Assembly: GCA_030704615.1 (NCBI GenBank)
Contig: CM060731.1
Location: 59,148,001 to 59,212,000 of the forward strand
DNA: 64,000 bases
Source of the DNA: Takakia lepidozioides
Taxonomy: Eukaryota; Plantae; Bryophyta
Direction of reading: 5' to 3'
Positions 38,053 to 50,267 of the stretch are shown in pieces. A program made the translations under genes and the position numbers. The notes beneath the pieces were generated by a model that searched no databases, was not told the origin of the DNA, and saw only the letters and a list, made by a program, of their open reading frames with translations. Numbering within the stretch: position 1 is the first letter of the stretch; each line of letters starts with the position of its first letter.

Positions 38053-39133
38053 AAGGTCGGTGGTTTTAGGACGGCGGTGGTTTTACCACAATTTCTTCCC
38101 GTAATGTCGTGGCACCTTCTCTGTCGAGCCCCTTCTAGCCCCCCTTCTAGCCCCACTCATTTTCGATCGCCTGTGTGGGTAGCCGTTGCTGGCCAATGGG
38201 GGCACGTATTGCCGTTGCCCCAGAGAAGATCACCTGAGTAGGTTTTCGGCATTGGGTTTTCAATGTTTGCATCTCCGTGTTTAAAAACAACAGTGATTAC
38301 TTGTCCCTCTCCATTCCCGGTGGGCGCACACTTCCTCAATGCCGCCCTGTGTAAGTGCCTTCTGCATTCGACGGAGCGTTTGTGGAGGATCGCGATTGCG
38401 TGAGCCGGTGATGGGAGACATTATGGTGGAGTTGGACTTCAGTGAAGGTACACGCAGGGTGACGAGTTTCCGAGCACTTCTGTGGGATTCTCTTTGGGTG
38501 AGGCCTGCCAGTGGACAACAGTGGATACTTGTTGTGCAAGATAGACCTGGAAGACGGAGTGTTCGTCTCTTCATCATGAGATGTTGCTGCGGCGAGTTCT
38601 GGATGTCTACTACCATAACTATACTGCACCTCCACAGTATTTGCTCCCGGATAGGGCTCTTGAGTTGCTCACTCACTCTTCTGGGCCAGGGAATATATTG
38701 TTGACACTAAGGGAGAATCGGAACAGGTTTGTCCTAGATGTTTGCGAATTTCACGACGCTGTGGAGGAGGTCCCAATAGGAGGCCTCCAATATCTGCATG
38801 TTTTCACGAACGTGACCTCTATAGATATCTTGTATCTTTATGTTCGCCATCTTAATCCAGAAAACGGCAATGCGCAGTGGACGAGTATCGCACTACTCCT
38901 AATTCTGAACCTGTGGTTCGACGACTCGGTGGTTCGTGTTGTGAATGTCAATGCAGCAGCATAGCGCGGTAAGGATCATTGTGGAGGGTGATTGGAGGGC
39001 ACAGGCTCCGGGATATGGTAGTTCCACAGGTTTCTTATGCCGCAGTGGTATTTCTGATGATGGAAGCTCGGAGTAGTCGCTGTACAAAATAAAAACTTGT
39101 GGTTGCCTGATGTTTTTATTTCGAGCGTCATAT

Positions 39134-39480
39134 CACTACAATAGATTGCGGCTTTTACGACTCCCATGGGTGCGCAGTCATGACAGATTTGTGGCAGAAA
39201 TGCCATTTGCAGTCGTAAAATGCTTTTGAAGTCATAATGCAGGTCTGGGGAAGGCGTATATGCGACTACATGGCTCCGGACTCTGCGAAACACAGGTCAA
39301 TTGACCATGAATATTGGCATGGCAGATATGACTACCAGTCACGGTCATGGCTACACTAGAATGACGTGTGTATATTGCTAGAAAGACATATGACTTCATG
39401 ACTCTCACTCTAATGCATTCTGCCAGATCATCACATGGATGAATCACTACATGACTGCACATGTCAACACATGCTTTTCT
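39134..39480 (+). mobile_element. CACTA terminus with subterminal repeats
   Basis: CACTACAATAGATTGCGGCTTTTACGAC, similar to 10328. Confidence 0.7.
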
Positions 39481-39587
39481 GGTTATATATATAATATATG
39501 AGTATTTATATTTTGAAAAAACGGAGACTCTGACCACTATAATCAATTTTTTTTTTAAATGCAATTTAAAAAAAAAAAAAAAACACA

Positions 39588-39793
39588 TCGGCTGGTAAGT
39601 GCACAGTGTGTCGCCCTGGTGGTTTGGGGTTCAAACCCGCTGCCTTATCCCGTGTGTGGGATTGTTCGTGACAGTATGTCTGGGCGTTGATCGTCCTGTA
39701 CGTCTTATGGCCCATAAACGAAGGCGGATGAATTTTCCCCCCTCCTCAAGGACCTGTGGTTTCCTTTAAGAAAAGAAAAAAAAGAAAAAAAAA
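39588..39793 (+). mobile_element. Putative tRNA-derived SINE
   Basis: A-box-like GCTGGTAAG, B box GGTTCAAACC (39628-39637), ~150-bp body, A-rich tail; no clear TSD. Confidence 0.5.
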
Positions 39794-39914
39794 TCAAAGA
39801 GGGGCTTTTAGGGTTTACAAAAAGGTTAAAAAACTTAAAAAGTTGCCCATCACGGTAGCGTAAACAGACTTAGAGCAAGCGGGAGGGAGAGAGAGAGAGG
39901 GTTGGTACGTAGAG

Positions 39915-42834
39915 CGTTCAATCTCTGCCCACTCAGCTGCACCGTGGTGGTTTTCACTGACCAATCCGACATTACCTGACTACAGAAACAAGCAGCACAC
40001 TGAAGAGGTCCTCTTGGGTTCATGGTCAGTCAAATCCTCCATGGGCCATGACACAAGGTCGAGGACAATGTGGTGAGGGCACCTTCTTCTTCGACCTATT
40101 TCAGCCTGTTTTGCCCTCTCATCAGACTCGGCGGCCCTTCATTTGCAGCACGGAGCAGAGTTGGATGTAGATTTTTAAAAGATCCTTCACTTCACGATGG
40201 TGCGACAACCGCAATGGCAAGGTGTGGCTTTTCCTTAATGTACGATGTGAAGAAGTTTGTCCATCCTGCAAATGTGGGCTGTTGGCTCCTGTTAGTACCA
40301 TGATTTGGTATTCTTCCTGATGTTTCAAGGTTCTTGGGAGAGTCAGCTTGGTCTTAGCAGGCCGTGTTTCAATCTCTGCCTGCTCATCTGCACCGTGCTG
40401 GTTCTCACAGACCAACCGACATTACCTGACTACAAGACACAAGCAGCACACACAAGAGGTCCTTTTGGGTTGATGGTCGGTCAAATCCTCTATGGGTTCT
40501 TCTTCGACCTATTTCAGCCTGTTTTGCCCTCTCATCAGACTCGGCCTTGAGATGCATATTGAATTATGTAAGTTAGCTCGTTGCTCATTGATAAGTAGGG
40601 TTGGGGGTGTTTGCTGGAATGATTGTTGTATGCATGATTTTTGTGCAGAGGCATAGATAGCTGAAGGAGCAGGGATAGAGTGTGGAAGAGGGCCAGATTT
40701 CAAGCTCCAGATTATCTATGATTCCCTGTGGAAGGATGATACAAGAAACCTGCATGGGTAGATGGTCAATTGGAAGCCGCCGCAGCAGCAGCAGCACAAT
40801 TGATACAATCAAGCACTGCTAATGAAGGCACCTTCTGAAACACATTTCACCCTATTTTCCCCTCTTATCAAAATCGGCCCTAAATTTTCATGTTCAATTC
40901 TGCAAGTTAGCTGTTGAGTGAATCTAGTTGGAGTGACTTTGACATGATACTGCCAATGTGACAAGAGTATGCATTGAACCCATTGGTAGCGGGATATTGG
41001 GATATCTGTTGGCCATGTGCCATCGTCAAAGCTGAAACTGTACTAGTTGTCATTCTGACCACTGCCCTAGTGGACATGTATGCCAAATGTGGGTGCAGCA
41101 AGCCTGATGCAAAGGGAGAGTTCGACAACATGGCTAAATGAGATGTGGTGTCCTGATGCAAAGGGAGAGTTCGACACATGGCTAAATGAGATGTGGTGTT
41201 GTGGACTGCCATGATTGTAAGGTGTGTGTAGCATAGGTGTGGGAGTAAGGCTTTGGAAACCTAAGAAACATGATGTGGGAAAGGATGAAGCCAACCAGGT
41301 CATGGTTCATGTTGTGTTTGTTAATATGCATATGCGAGCCTAGCAGCCCTGGGAAGGGGCCAAGAGGTTCATGGTGACATCATCAAAGCTGGAATTGTAC
41401 CTGATGTCATTCTGAAACATTCCTTGGTGTACATGTATGTCAAATGCGAGCCTGGTAGCCCTGGAAAGGACGCAAAGGTCCATTATCAATCTGGAATTGT
41501 ACCACTAGGCCTAGCCCATAATTGCAGCCTAGCCCATAATTGCACTTACCTAGAGTAGCAACTGAGTGAAGACGGGGTTTGTGATGTTGATCGTCCAAGC
41601 TGAAGCATAAACAAATGATTTGTTCTAACTATGCCCTTGTGGACTTGCTTGCCAAATTGGGGTGCATGGAGGATGATGAAATCCCAGGATATGCACAACA
41701 TCGGCACGGGATGGAGGCCCTTTGGAGAGGTCTAGGATAGTGGGTGTGGGAAGGGATACTGCAGAGCGTCAAACCACATCGCAGTTTGTGTACATTTGCA
41801 ACATGTGTGCAAGCCTTGGCACCCTGTCAAAATAGCAAAGAGGTTCGTGGTGTAGAATTGTACTAGATGTCGATCTAACTTTGACAGATGCCAAGTGACA
41901 ACAGGAAAGTATCCAGAAACAGGTCACAGAGACATGAGAAGTTGTGGATGGTGTGGACAGACCGAGGAAAAGGTTAATGCCATGTTAGATTAGAGAGGGC
42001 AGACGCATTCAGCATAGGACTTGTGATAAGCTGAGTTGGGTGTTTTCTAGACCAAATGTAGGCTGTCCATTATTCAGCTGGCAAAAGGCCATGGCGAAAA
42101 AAAGTTTTTTTTTTTTATGTCTATTTGTGCAGAAGCAGTGCTAGCTGAAAGAGCAGGGATGAGTATGGTCCAGATTCATCCAAGAGGGCCAGATTTCAAG
42201 CCCATGATGACCTATGATTACCTTTGGTTGATTTAGCTATAAGTAAACCTGCATGGGTAGATGGTGAACCTGGAAGCCTGCAGGAGTACGGTCACATTGA
42301 TAAAAGCAAGCATTCTAATAAAGGCACCTTCTTCCATCTTCAACCATTTCACCACTGTTTTTTCCCTCTTATCAGAACCGGCCCTAAATTTCACATGTCT
42401 GCAAGTTAGCTGGTTGAGTGAATCTAGTTTTTGGAGTGACTTTGACTGATATTGTGCCCATGTGACACAGGAAAGTATCGAAAAACAATTTAACGGAGAT
42501 GAGGGGAAGCTTATGGAATGATTACTTTTCTGACCCCAGTCAATGGTGGGACCAACCGGGCAAAAAGGAAATGCCTGTTGATTACAGAGAGTAACAGATG
42601 CAATTGGAGAATAGCAACTAGTGTGGTAAGTTGAGTTGGGTGTTTGCTGTAACCAATGTAAGGCTGTCATTGTCACTGCTAACAGCAATGCAAGGATATA
42701 AATGCATGATCTATGCAGAGGCATGGATAGCTGAAGGAGCAGGGATGAGTTGTGGGTCCAGATCATCCAAGAAAGCCGGATTTCAAAGCTCCAGATTACC
42801 TATGATTCCCTGTGGAAGGATAGCTACAAAACCT
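39915..42834 (+). repeat. Locally duplicated degenerate DNA
   Basis: 39917-40132 ~ 40367-40545; 40640-40770 ~ 42128-42265 ~ 42712-42834; 40820-40965 ~ 42320-42470. Confidence 0.8.
40990..41860 (+). pseudogene. Degenerate PLS-class PPR gene fragment
   Basis: TALVDMYAKCG...A..EFDNM..DVV(L)WTAMI; ALGRGQEVHGDIIKAGIVPDV...SLVYMYVKC; ALVDLLAKLG. Many stops and a ~49-bp tandem duplication at 41103-41198. Confidence 0.75.
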
Positions 42835-43524
42835 GAGGTTTACTATTTCATGAGCGCATGAGCCCATGACTATGAGCCTATGAGCTCATAGAGGGGGCAT
42901 CCGCGGAATTGGAATTTTCCTGCCTTTATTGACGGTTGTTATGTCTCTTACCTCGGTAATAGGGTCTGTTTCTCCTGGTCCAGGATGCGGAATGAGGTAT
43001 TTCGGCGCCGTATTCCAAGAGCAGTGTGCTAAAATGGTGTTTTTGAAGACATCCACCGGGGTATTCGGCACCGAAATTACCTCTTAAAATGTGATATAGT
43101 GCGGTATTTAATGGCGCAGAACGGGCTATTTGGGTGCCGAAATACCCAAGTGGAATGTGCTGAAGTGCCTTGTGCTGAAGGCTTCCATCGCCGATATTTT
43201 GGTACAGTAATTCATCCGTGGAATTTTTGAGGCCCATATAACGAAGGCGCGCATTGGGCTATTTCGGCGCCAAATTTCCCAATAGGAATGTTAGAAACGG
43301 CAGGGTTTTCATGGCTTCAAGTTCTCGGCTCGATGGTGTGCATAAATTACTTGTAGGGTTCTTCACTGAAGTTTGCGTCTCTTCTGCTTTTATTATACAT
43401 TTTGGTTGGCGGAAGAAATGTAGGGAATCGGACAAGCAGTCTGAACACAATGATTTTTCAAATTGTCAATATTTTCATTAAGTGTTTCAGAACTGTACAA
43501 CAAAAGGATCCAAATGAGAATTTG

Positions 43525-45235
43525 CTATGGTGAGGATCCGCTATCACTGTCCGATGCATCCCCGGCCTCATGCAAGGATGGCTGCCTTCCACCTGCCTCC
43601 GAAACTGCACTGCCGCTACCGCTGTTACTCTGAGAAGCCCTCCCCTCAAAAATACCATCCTCACCAGCCGGAACTGTCCACATGGGTGCGGAAGTGTCCT
43701 CAACATTCCCCTCGCTCTCGGACGCGGATTCTATTACGAACTTCCCTACTCTGCCTTTCACAATTCTATGTTTGGCCTCACGCCTCATTATAATTCTCTG
43801 CTCATTCCCGTATGTCAATTGCTCTAACCGAATAGGCCTATCCTCCCTCCTGATGGCTTCTCTGGCAGCCGTGTCTGCATAGGCTGGTAGAAAAAAAGCC
43901 TTCTGGGGACTCGCGAGAAACGATTTTCTGGCAAAGAATGGCCGATGCGATTCCTCTGCAACAGGGTCCGATTCGGGCAAGTCTCCCAGCTTCTCCTCGT
44001 CGGACGACTCTGCAAGGCTGAGTGTACGCACAAACATAGAATGAAGTACATTAGAGAATTCAAACAGGGAATCATCGGCAGGTTGCATGGTCCCTACAAC
44101 CGAAACCAATACACTTACTATGGTGCAACTCACTCGAAGACAGGCATTGGGGGAAGCGGCTTCGGGCGCCCCTGCATCGAACGAATTTCCTGGACTTCCT
44201 CCTCTTCATCTTCCTCCTCCCCTTCCACGTCATCTTCTGCGTTTGTTGGGATCCTCAGTTGGACGCAAACGCTGAAGGCCCGCCAAATTGTAATCGGCGC
44301 CGGATTTCCATCCGCGCACTTCTGAATTACCTACGCCGCATCCCCCTCAAATGAGAACACAAATCGGTTCGACATCCTTCCCGCCCACATACAGGCACCT
44401 GCAAATTCATACGACACAACCACAACCAAACTCAAGAATGAGTCGCTTCCTCGCACAAGCAAACATACACAAACGGAAATGGTGTCAATTTCGGTGCCGC
44501 ATTCAATTAACGTTCTCACCTGTATTTGCAGTGACGTCGAGGACCCTGCCTTCAATATCCGTACATGTTTCCATGAGCGTCTGGATGAATGCAGGACTCC
44601 TGGTCCTGCCATACCTCCATGGCTTGCCCGATAAATCACAAAGAATGTCCTTCTCTCCCACATGGTTAAACAGGACGTTATACTCCAGTGGATCAACTGT
44701 GGAATCAACAAGTCTTCCTGCTTCACGTAATTTGAATTTTGAATGTTCCTTCACGAAGCAAAATGCCTGAAAGATAAGAGTCTGCAGAGAAGGAAATGTC
44801 TTGGAGGTTTTGCTCCTCCGCAAGCTCCAGCAGGTTATGATCGTCGCCAAGTCGTACCACGTTGTCGTCCTCTCATTCTGTCAGCTCAATGGGCCGCCCT
44901 TCTGCAGATCCAACTCCCACATCTCCAGCGGCCTCCACTGCATCCGTGTTTTTTGAAATTGACTGCAAACCCACTATCTCCGCTTCCAGTCTCCCTAGGG
45001 GTTTTACTGGCGAAGCCATGGGCTCCTTCTGCTTCCTCGGCTTCCGAACTCTAGGTGGGCTTTTCTGAGGCGATATCTGAGGTGTTGAATGAGGACTCGC
45101 CTGCCTCGATGCACTTCCACCTTGCGAGCGCAGCACCCGGGCAGGAGTATCCAAAGTTGACTGTGTTGCCTCGCCCCCCTGCGATCCCTCCCCAGCTCCC
45201 ATGTCAAACAAACAGGAAAACATGAGACACTGCAC
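43525..45235 (-). pseudogene. Internally deleted ParB-MTase cargo gene of B2 (N-terminus joined to MTase motif X/I region and C-terminal exon)
   Basis: AFCFVK..SKFKLRE.GRLVD..VDP...GKPWRYGRTRSPAFIQTLMETCTDIEGRVLDVTANTG|ACMWAGRMSNRFVFSFEGD, with the intron at the same position as in element A; 43525-44133 matches A exon 9 (WTVP.GEDGIFE). Confidence 0.85.
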
Positions 45236-45402
45236 GCAAAAAAAAAGGTGTAAAAGGAATATTGCGTATGGAGTGCTTCACATCCGCAAAGCACGAATCT
45301 CTCACTGGTGGGCGATCCAAGTCTCCGGATAACGAGGTCTGCATTTCATGCATGAGACGGAGCTGAAGTTGATTTTCAGATGACAAAGGCAATGACAAGG
45401 TG

Positions 45403-46017
45403 AGCTCAAATAGTGTGCGTTGACGCACACTGTTTGAGCTGCCATGTAAGTGATGATTGATCCTCAAATACATGCCGTTTGTGGCCGTTTTCAGATGAAA
45501 AATCAATGAGAAGGTGGGCTCAAACAGTGTGCGCCAACGCACACTGTTTGATCTGCCAGATAAGTGTTCATTGATCCTCAAAGACATGCCCTATGTGGCC
45601 GATTTTCAAACGAAAAAGGCAATGATAAGGTTAGCTCAAACAGTGTGTGCCAACGCACACTGTTTGAGCTGCCCGGTAAGTGATGATTGATCCTCAAATT
45701 CATACCCTATGTGGCCGATTTTCAGATGAAAAATCAATGAGAAGGTGGGCTCAAACAGTGTGCGCCAACGCACACTGTTTGAGCTGCCAAATAGTGGAGG
45801 ATTGAACCGGGCATAGTGGCCCTATCTGGCCGTTTTGCACACCATCAACCAAGTAAAATGCGGGCCTCAAACAGTGTGCGTCAACGCACACTGTTTCAGC
45901 TTCCAATTCGTGGTGGATTGAACCTGCCCTAGTTCCCCAATATGGCCGTTTCGCACATCAACAAGCCAGCAAAATGGAAGGCTCAAACAGTGTGCGTCAA
46001 CGCACACTGTTTAAGCT
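45403..46017. repeat. Six regularly spaced (114-116 bp period) 38-bp hairpin repeats
   Basis: Copies start at 45403, 45517, 45633, 45748, 45864, 45980; consensus GCTCAAACAGTGTGCGYCAACGCACACTGTTTGAGC. Confidence 0.93.
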
Positions 46018-46102
46018 TTTTGTTCGCGGATGATGCAACCTGGCAGAGATGCCGTGTGCAGACTATTTTCGTATCGAAATAGAATCTCAACTTGGGTTCA
46101 CA

Positions 46103-46540
46103 TCAGCAATGAAGCACATAGGTGGGTTTCAAAGATTGTACCTTTTTTTTGGCTGCTCCAGAAGACTCCCCAATCGCCGGGGACCCTTTGCGCTTCGGAC
46201 TGCTCTCCACGCCTCGCATGTTCTGGAGCATCTCCCCCATCCTCTCTTCCACTATTAGGTTCTTCGTGAGGCCAGCGTCAACATCATCTTCGGCGTCTGC
46301 CTCTCCCTCGGATGCAGTGTCCTCCTCATCTGTTCTTGGAACTATGGCAGGCTGCTGTTCTTCGCCGGATTCTTGCTCTTCCATCGCCGAACTTTCCTCT
46401 TTGCCCTCTTCTTCCGCCTTTTCCTCTTCGGCCACTCTTTCCATCCTCATTCTATATCTGGCTCTATTCCTATTTCTAGAGCTCGTGAAGTAGAATGACT
46501 TCCTTTTCTTCCTCCTCCGCTGGAAACAAGGGCTCCCCAC
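46103..46540 (-). CDS. Small acidic/low-complexity hypothetical ORF inside B2
   Basis: 145-aa E/D-rich ORF with basic clusters; no recognisable domain. Confidence 0.3.
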   Translation of the reverse strand: MGSPCFQRRRKKRKSFYFTSSRNRNRARYRMRMERVAEEEKAEEEGKEESSAMEEQESGEEQQPAIVPRTDEEDTASEGEADAEDDVDAGLTKNLIVEERMGEMLQNMRGVESSPKRKGSPAIGESSGAAKKKVQSLKPTYVLHC

Positions 46541-47411
46541 GATGCCTCTAGAGCTCTCCAGTTTGACGTTTGCAACAAGGGTTGCTATTGCATGTAACCA
46601 AAATCAAAATTGGACATTGTCAACCGTATTTGGATGCGGGTGTTGTTATTGTGTGCGAACGGAATTCATCCATTTCGGCGTCTTTGTATTATTCAAGAAA
46701 TAAAGTGCTAGAAAATATGTACATCCGTTGCATGTACTTGTGATATATGTCAGATGTACTTCGACGCCTGCCAATATATGGCGGCCTTCTTGCATTGTTT
46801 CAAATTCGGAAGTGCCGTAGAAATCTAATGCTAGTTCAATTTGGAGCAGTTCTTGCAGATTTGCCATGAATGTTGTGCTTCACAAATGCATCCACGTGTG
46901 TCAAACTGCCTGCCCTGTGCTTTGCATTTTGCCGTCATCGTCGCCATGGGGTCATTCGGTATAAAGGGTTGTGTCGGAAATGATCTTGTGTTGCACACAT
47001 CCGTGCGAGGTGACTCTTGGAGTGTCAGTGTTTGTGCTGTGCTCTTCTGGCACGGCACAACCTCATTACATTCGGGGTCTTCTTGTTTACTGCTCTCCAG
47101 GGTTGTTGCCATCTTTCCATAAATGATGGTTTCATGTCATGTTCAGGGTTTGTTTTTCATCCAAAAACAGCACGGCTTCTTGTGGCTTCCTGTGTTTGAA
47201 AACAGTTTTTCTAGTTGGTGTCTCTCAGCGTGGTTGTCTGCGAAGTTCAGTGCATGTCATTCCTATATCCTTTTGATGCATCGCCCGCAGCCTTTGAGTG
47301 CTACCCTTGTTGACCTCAATTTTTTTTGTGGTGGATCCCCTTTCGAGAATTGCGGGCTATCAGTTCGGGGATTCCGTTGTGAATCGAAAGTTTCGGTCAG
47401 CGTAGGAAAAC

Positions 47412-50267
47412 ATGTCCAGGGAGCGAGATAGACTAGCCCAATTTCATTCCAATGCAAGTAGTCTTCCACTGACTGCCACTGCAGACGACGATGGGTTTGC
47501 AGTTGTTCATGAGGATGAGCTGGTTACAGTGTTCCCACTGGAATTGGGTTCTCTGCTTGTTCAAAAAGAGGTGTATGACGAGGATGGGAATTTGGATTCT
47601 GGACATTTGGAGAAACCATTGGTTGGCGAGTGTGGAAGGAAGTGGAGAGTCCTTCCAGGCACATACCGTATCCTTGGAAAAGAGAGAAGACAATCAGCAG
47701 GATCAGTCATTACCCCTGGAACTGCAGCATCGGTCGTGCAGCAAAAGGGCAAAGTTCATGTGAAACAAGAGGTGAACACATCCACTACATTCGTGACTTT
47801 TTCAGACTCGTCCTTGGAGGATGTTTCTGAGATTCCTCCGCCAGTGCAGACTCCATTCTTGGATGAATCCAAATTGCAAGAGATAACGAGTGTCATTCCA
47901 AAATTGAAAGCCCTCGCAGGGGTGCCTGGGTGCAAGAGCGAGCTGCGTTTTGTTGATTGGGAGTCCCTTCGTGTGCAGCGGGTTCAATACGTGCCAGCAG
48001 AGTTTGATGGGGACATCTTGTTTGAGCTCAACCCTCCCACGTCTTCCAATGGACTGGCTGGGCTTCTGCAGGGCATGGACAAGAAACATGACGGACACCC
48101 TTGGTGTAGGACAAAACGTCAAACATCCACAACGACATTGGATTGAAATTTCGAAGGTCGGTTTGCGTTGGGCATTGCAAGTGCCTGAATATATCTTGCC
48201 CTCGCCTGAGAAATAGCGCTCAACCAAACGAAAGTGAGTGGGAAGGTGTGCCTCTGAATCCTTTCACCCCAGGACTTGCCCCTCCCAAGACCAATACTTT
48301 TGTGTGCAGGTTCTGCAAACTTTCCCCGTCCTGTGTTTCTGTGTGCCACGCTCGTATGTACCAGGTGGCACACCGATGCAAGACAATGACTCGTGCCTGC
48401 ATTCATATGGGTGCACACGAGCATCCTGTGTCCAAAGGAAGTTGCAGGGATAGCGTGGACATCGCTAGAAATATGCTGAAGCAGGAGTTCCACAATGCCC
48501 CTTGTGCAACACCTTCTGCTATAGCGCTTGCAGCTAGCAAGGCTTTCCTGGAAAAACACATATTGGGTGAAGGGGATTCGACCCAACCAATGTTGGATGC
48601 AGATTCGCTTGATGCAGTGATGGACCATTTCTCCATGTTGAGCTCTCCCAATATTCGAAACCAAGTGAATGCACTCAGAGTCGGCACAGGCACTGCTGGA
48701 TTCATGGACAACATTATGGACCTCAAACTGAGAAGTCGCTATGAATTCATTCAAAACAGTATCTTCCCTGGCCAAGGCTCGTCCAAGGTATATTTGTTCA
48801 AGATGTCCACAGTGGGCGAAGGCAGTGGTGTGAGCATTGTCCGCCGAATGCAACCTGGAGGAGATTTGGCAAAATGTTGGTTGATGTTTGATCACTGCAA
48901 ACGGGTGAAGGGTTGGACAACCATGGCGTGCCATGTGTATGATCCAGCGTACCAGCGTGTGCTCTCAATAGCAATTTGTGATATGCAGTCGGAGGACACT
49001 GAATCCCAGATGCTCATGTGGAATTCGCTCCTGGCCATCATGCAGCGCAATGGAGTACAGAACACAAATTATGCGGGCTTCATGGCTGATAGTGCACAGG
49101 CAAATTTCAATGCAGTGCGGCGCGTGTTTGGTTCGGGGGATCCTAAGGTCCCAATGGAAAATAGGGAGCGCACATGCCTCTTCCATTGGAGTCAATCTCT
49201 GGCACGTCATACAAAGCGTTGCATTCGCCCTGACCTTCAGTTGGAGCAAAGAAGGCTCTGTCTCAAGTACAAAAATGCCAACTCAATGGGAGAAGCTGAG
49301 AGCACTTACCAAGCAATCCGGGCTTGGTGGTTCTCCTCTGGTGCTGCTACTGGTATCTACCTGAAGGAGTTGGAGGACTGGTTGGTTTTCTGGCACTTCA
49401 GATACAGACAGTGGGGAGCTTTCATGACAACGGTAAGCCTCTTGAATCCCAAAATCACAAATTTTGCATCGTGCCTCTTCATTTGGAGTTCTTGGATTGT
49501 CGCTTGCAGAACCTCTTCCATTTCCTTTCCTTCCTCACATTTCCATGCAATGCCTCCTGCAGGACATGTCCTTGGAGGACTTGGCCGACATGCCATCCTG
49601 TAATTTGGCGGAGACTGTTCATAACGCCTGGATGCAGCAATCTACCAAAGTAGGTTGTGACTTGTATGTGGCCATTGCTGATGACATGGTGCGGGCACTT
49701 ACAGAACAAACTAGGTACCGCAATTTTCTAATGGGACGGGGTGGAGGCAAGGGCCCCGGTACAACTTTGTTGATGCTAAGGGCTGCGAGTAGGTCCGGAG
49801 ACCCATCGAAGATGGCCAGAGCTCTGAACAGGTGCACTGAAGGCTCCCCTTTGCAATCCAGGCTCCCTCATTTGGAAGGCGAGGAAAGATTTGGATCATG
49901 CAAAAGGAAATTGAACACTCTTCCAGGGTCAGATGGAGATTCCCATCGCCCAGACAGGGTCAATTTCTTTGTGCCAAAGGTGTCTCCAGTGCAGACTAAG
50001 TCGTGTGCCAGCCCCTTCCCAGGTGGGTCCTCCTCCTGTGGAGCAGGTGCAAAACATGCAAGCACAACAGCAGGAATCCCATTGGAGGAGGTGGTGGCCA
50101 TGGTGCAGGAATCTGATTGCATTGATAGTGAGAGGCATATAGAACGCACCCCACCAGGATCTAGAGTTGCTTGCATGGCAATTCGGACCCCCTCTTTCAA
50201 GAAATGCAAATCAAAAATATGCAAAGGCTCCAGGGGGACTCCAGCTCCAACATTCACAGGGTTGTTC
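47412..50267 (+). pseudogene. MULE transposase of B2 (GCM-like DBD + DDE core), interrupted by LTR retrotransposon
   Basis: DGHPWC..CVGHCKC..CRFC..RACIHMGAHEHP; MFDH, FMADSAQANFNAVRRVFG, CLFHW (CxxH), NLAETVH; intron 49433-49562; one 1-bp frameshift in an A-run near 48116. Confidence 0.92.

Noticed and set aside
40990-41860. Functional PPR editing-factor gene
   Set aside because: Numerous stops, frameshifts and internal duplications; reported only as a pseudogene.
45403-46017. CRISPR-like array (regularly spaced palindromic 38-bp repeats)
   Set aside because: Spacers are ~78 bp and homologous to one another, there are no cas genes, and the context is eukaryotic transposon DNA.
48119-48934. 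271-aa antisense ORF and similar shadow ORFs over transposase, pol and gag
   Set aside because: Antisense to well-supported coding regions, with no motifs.
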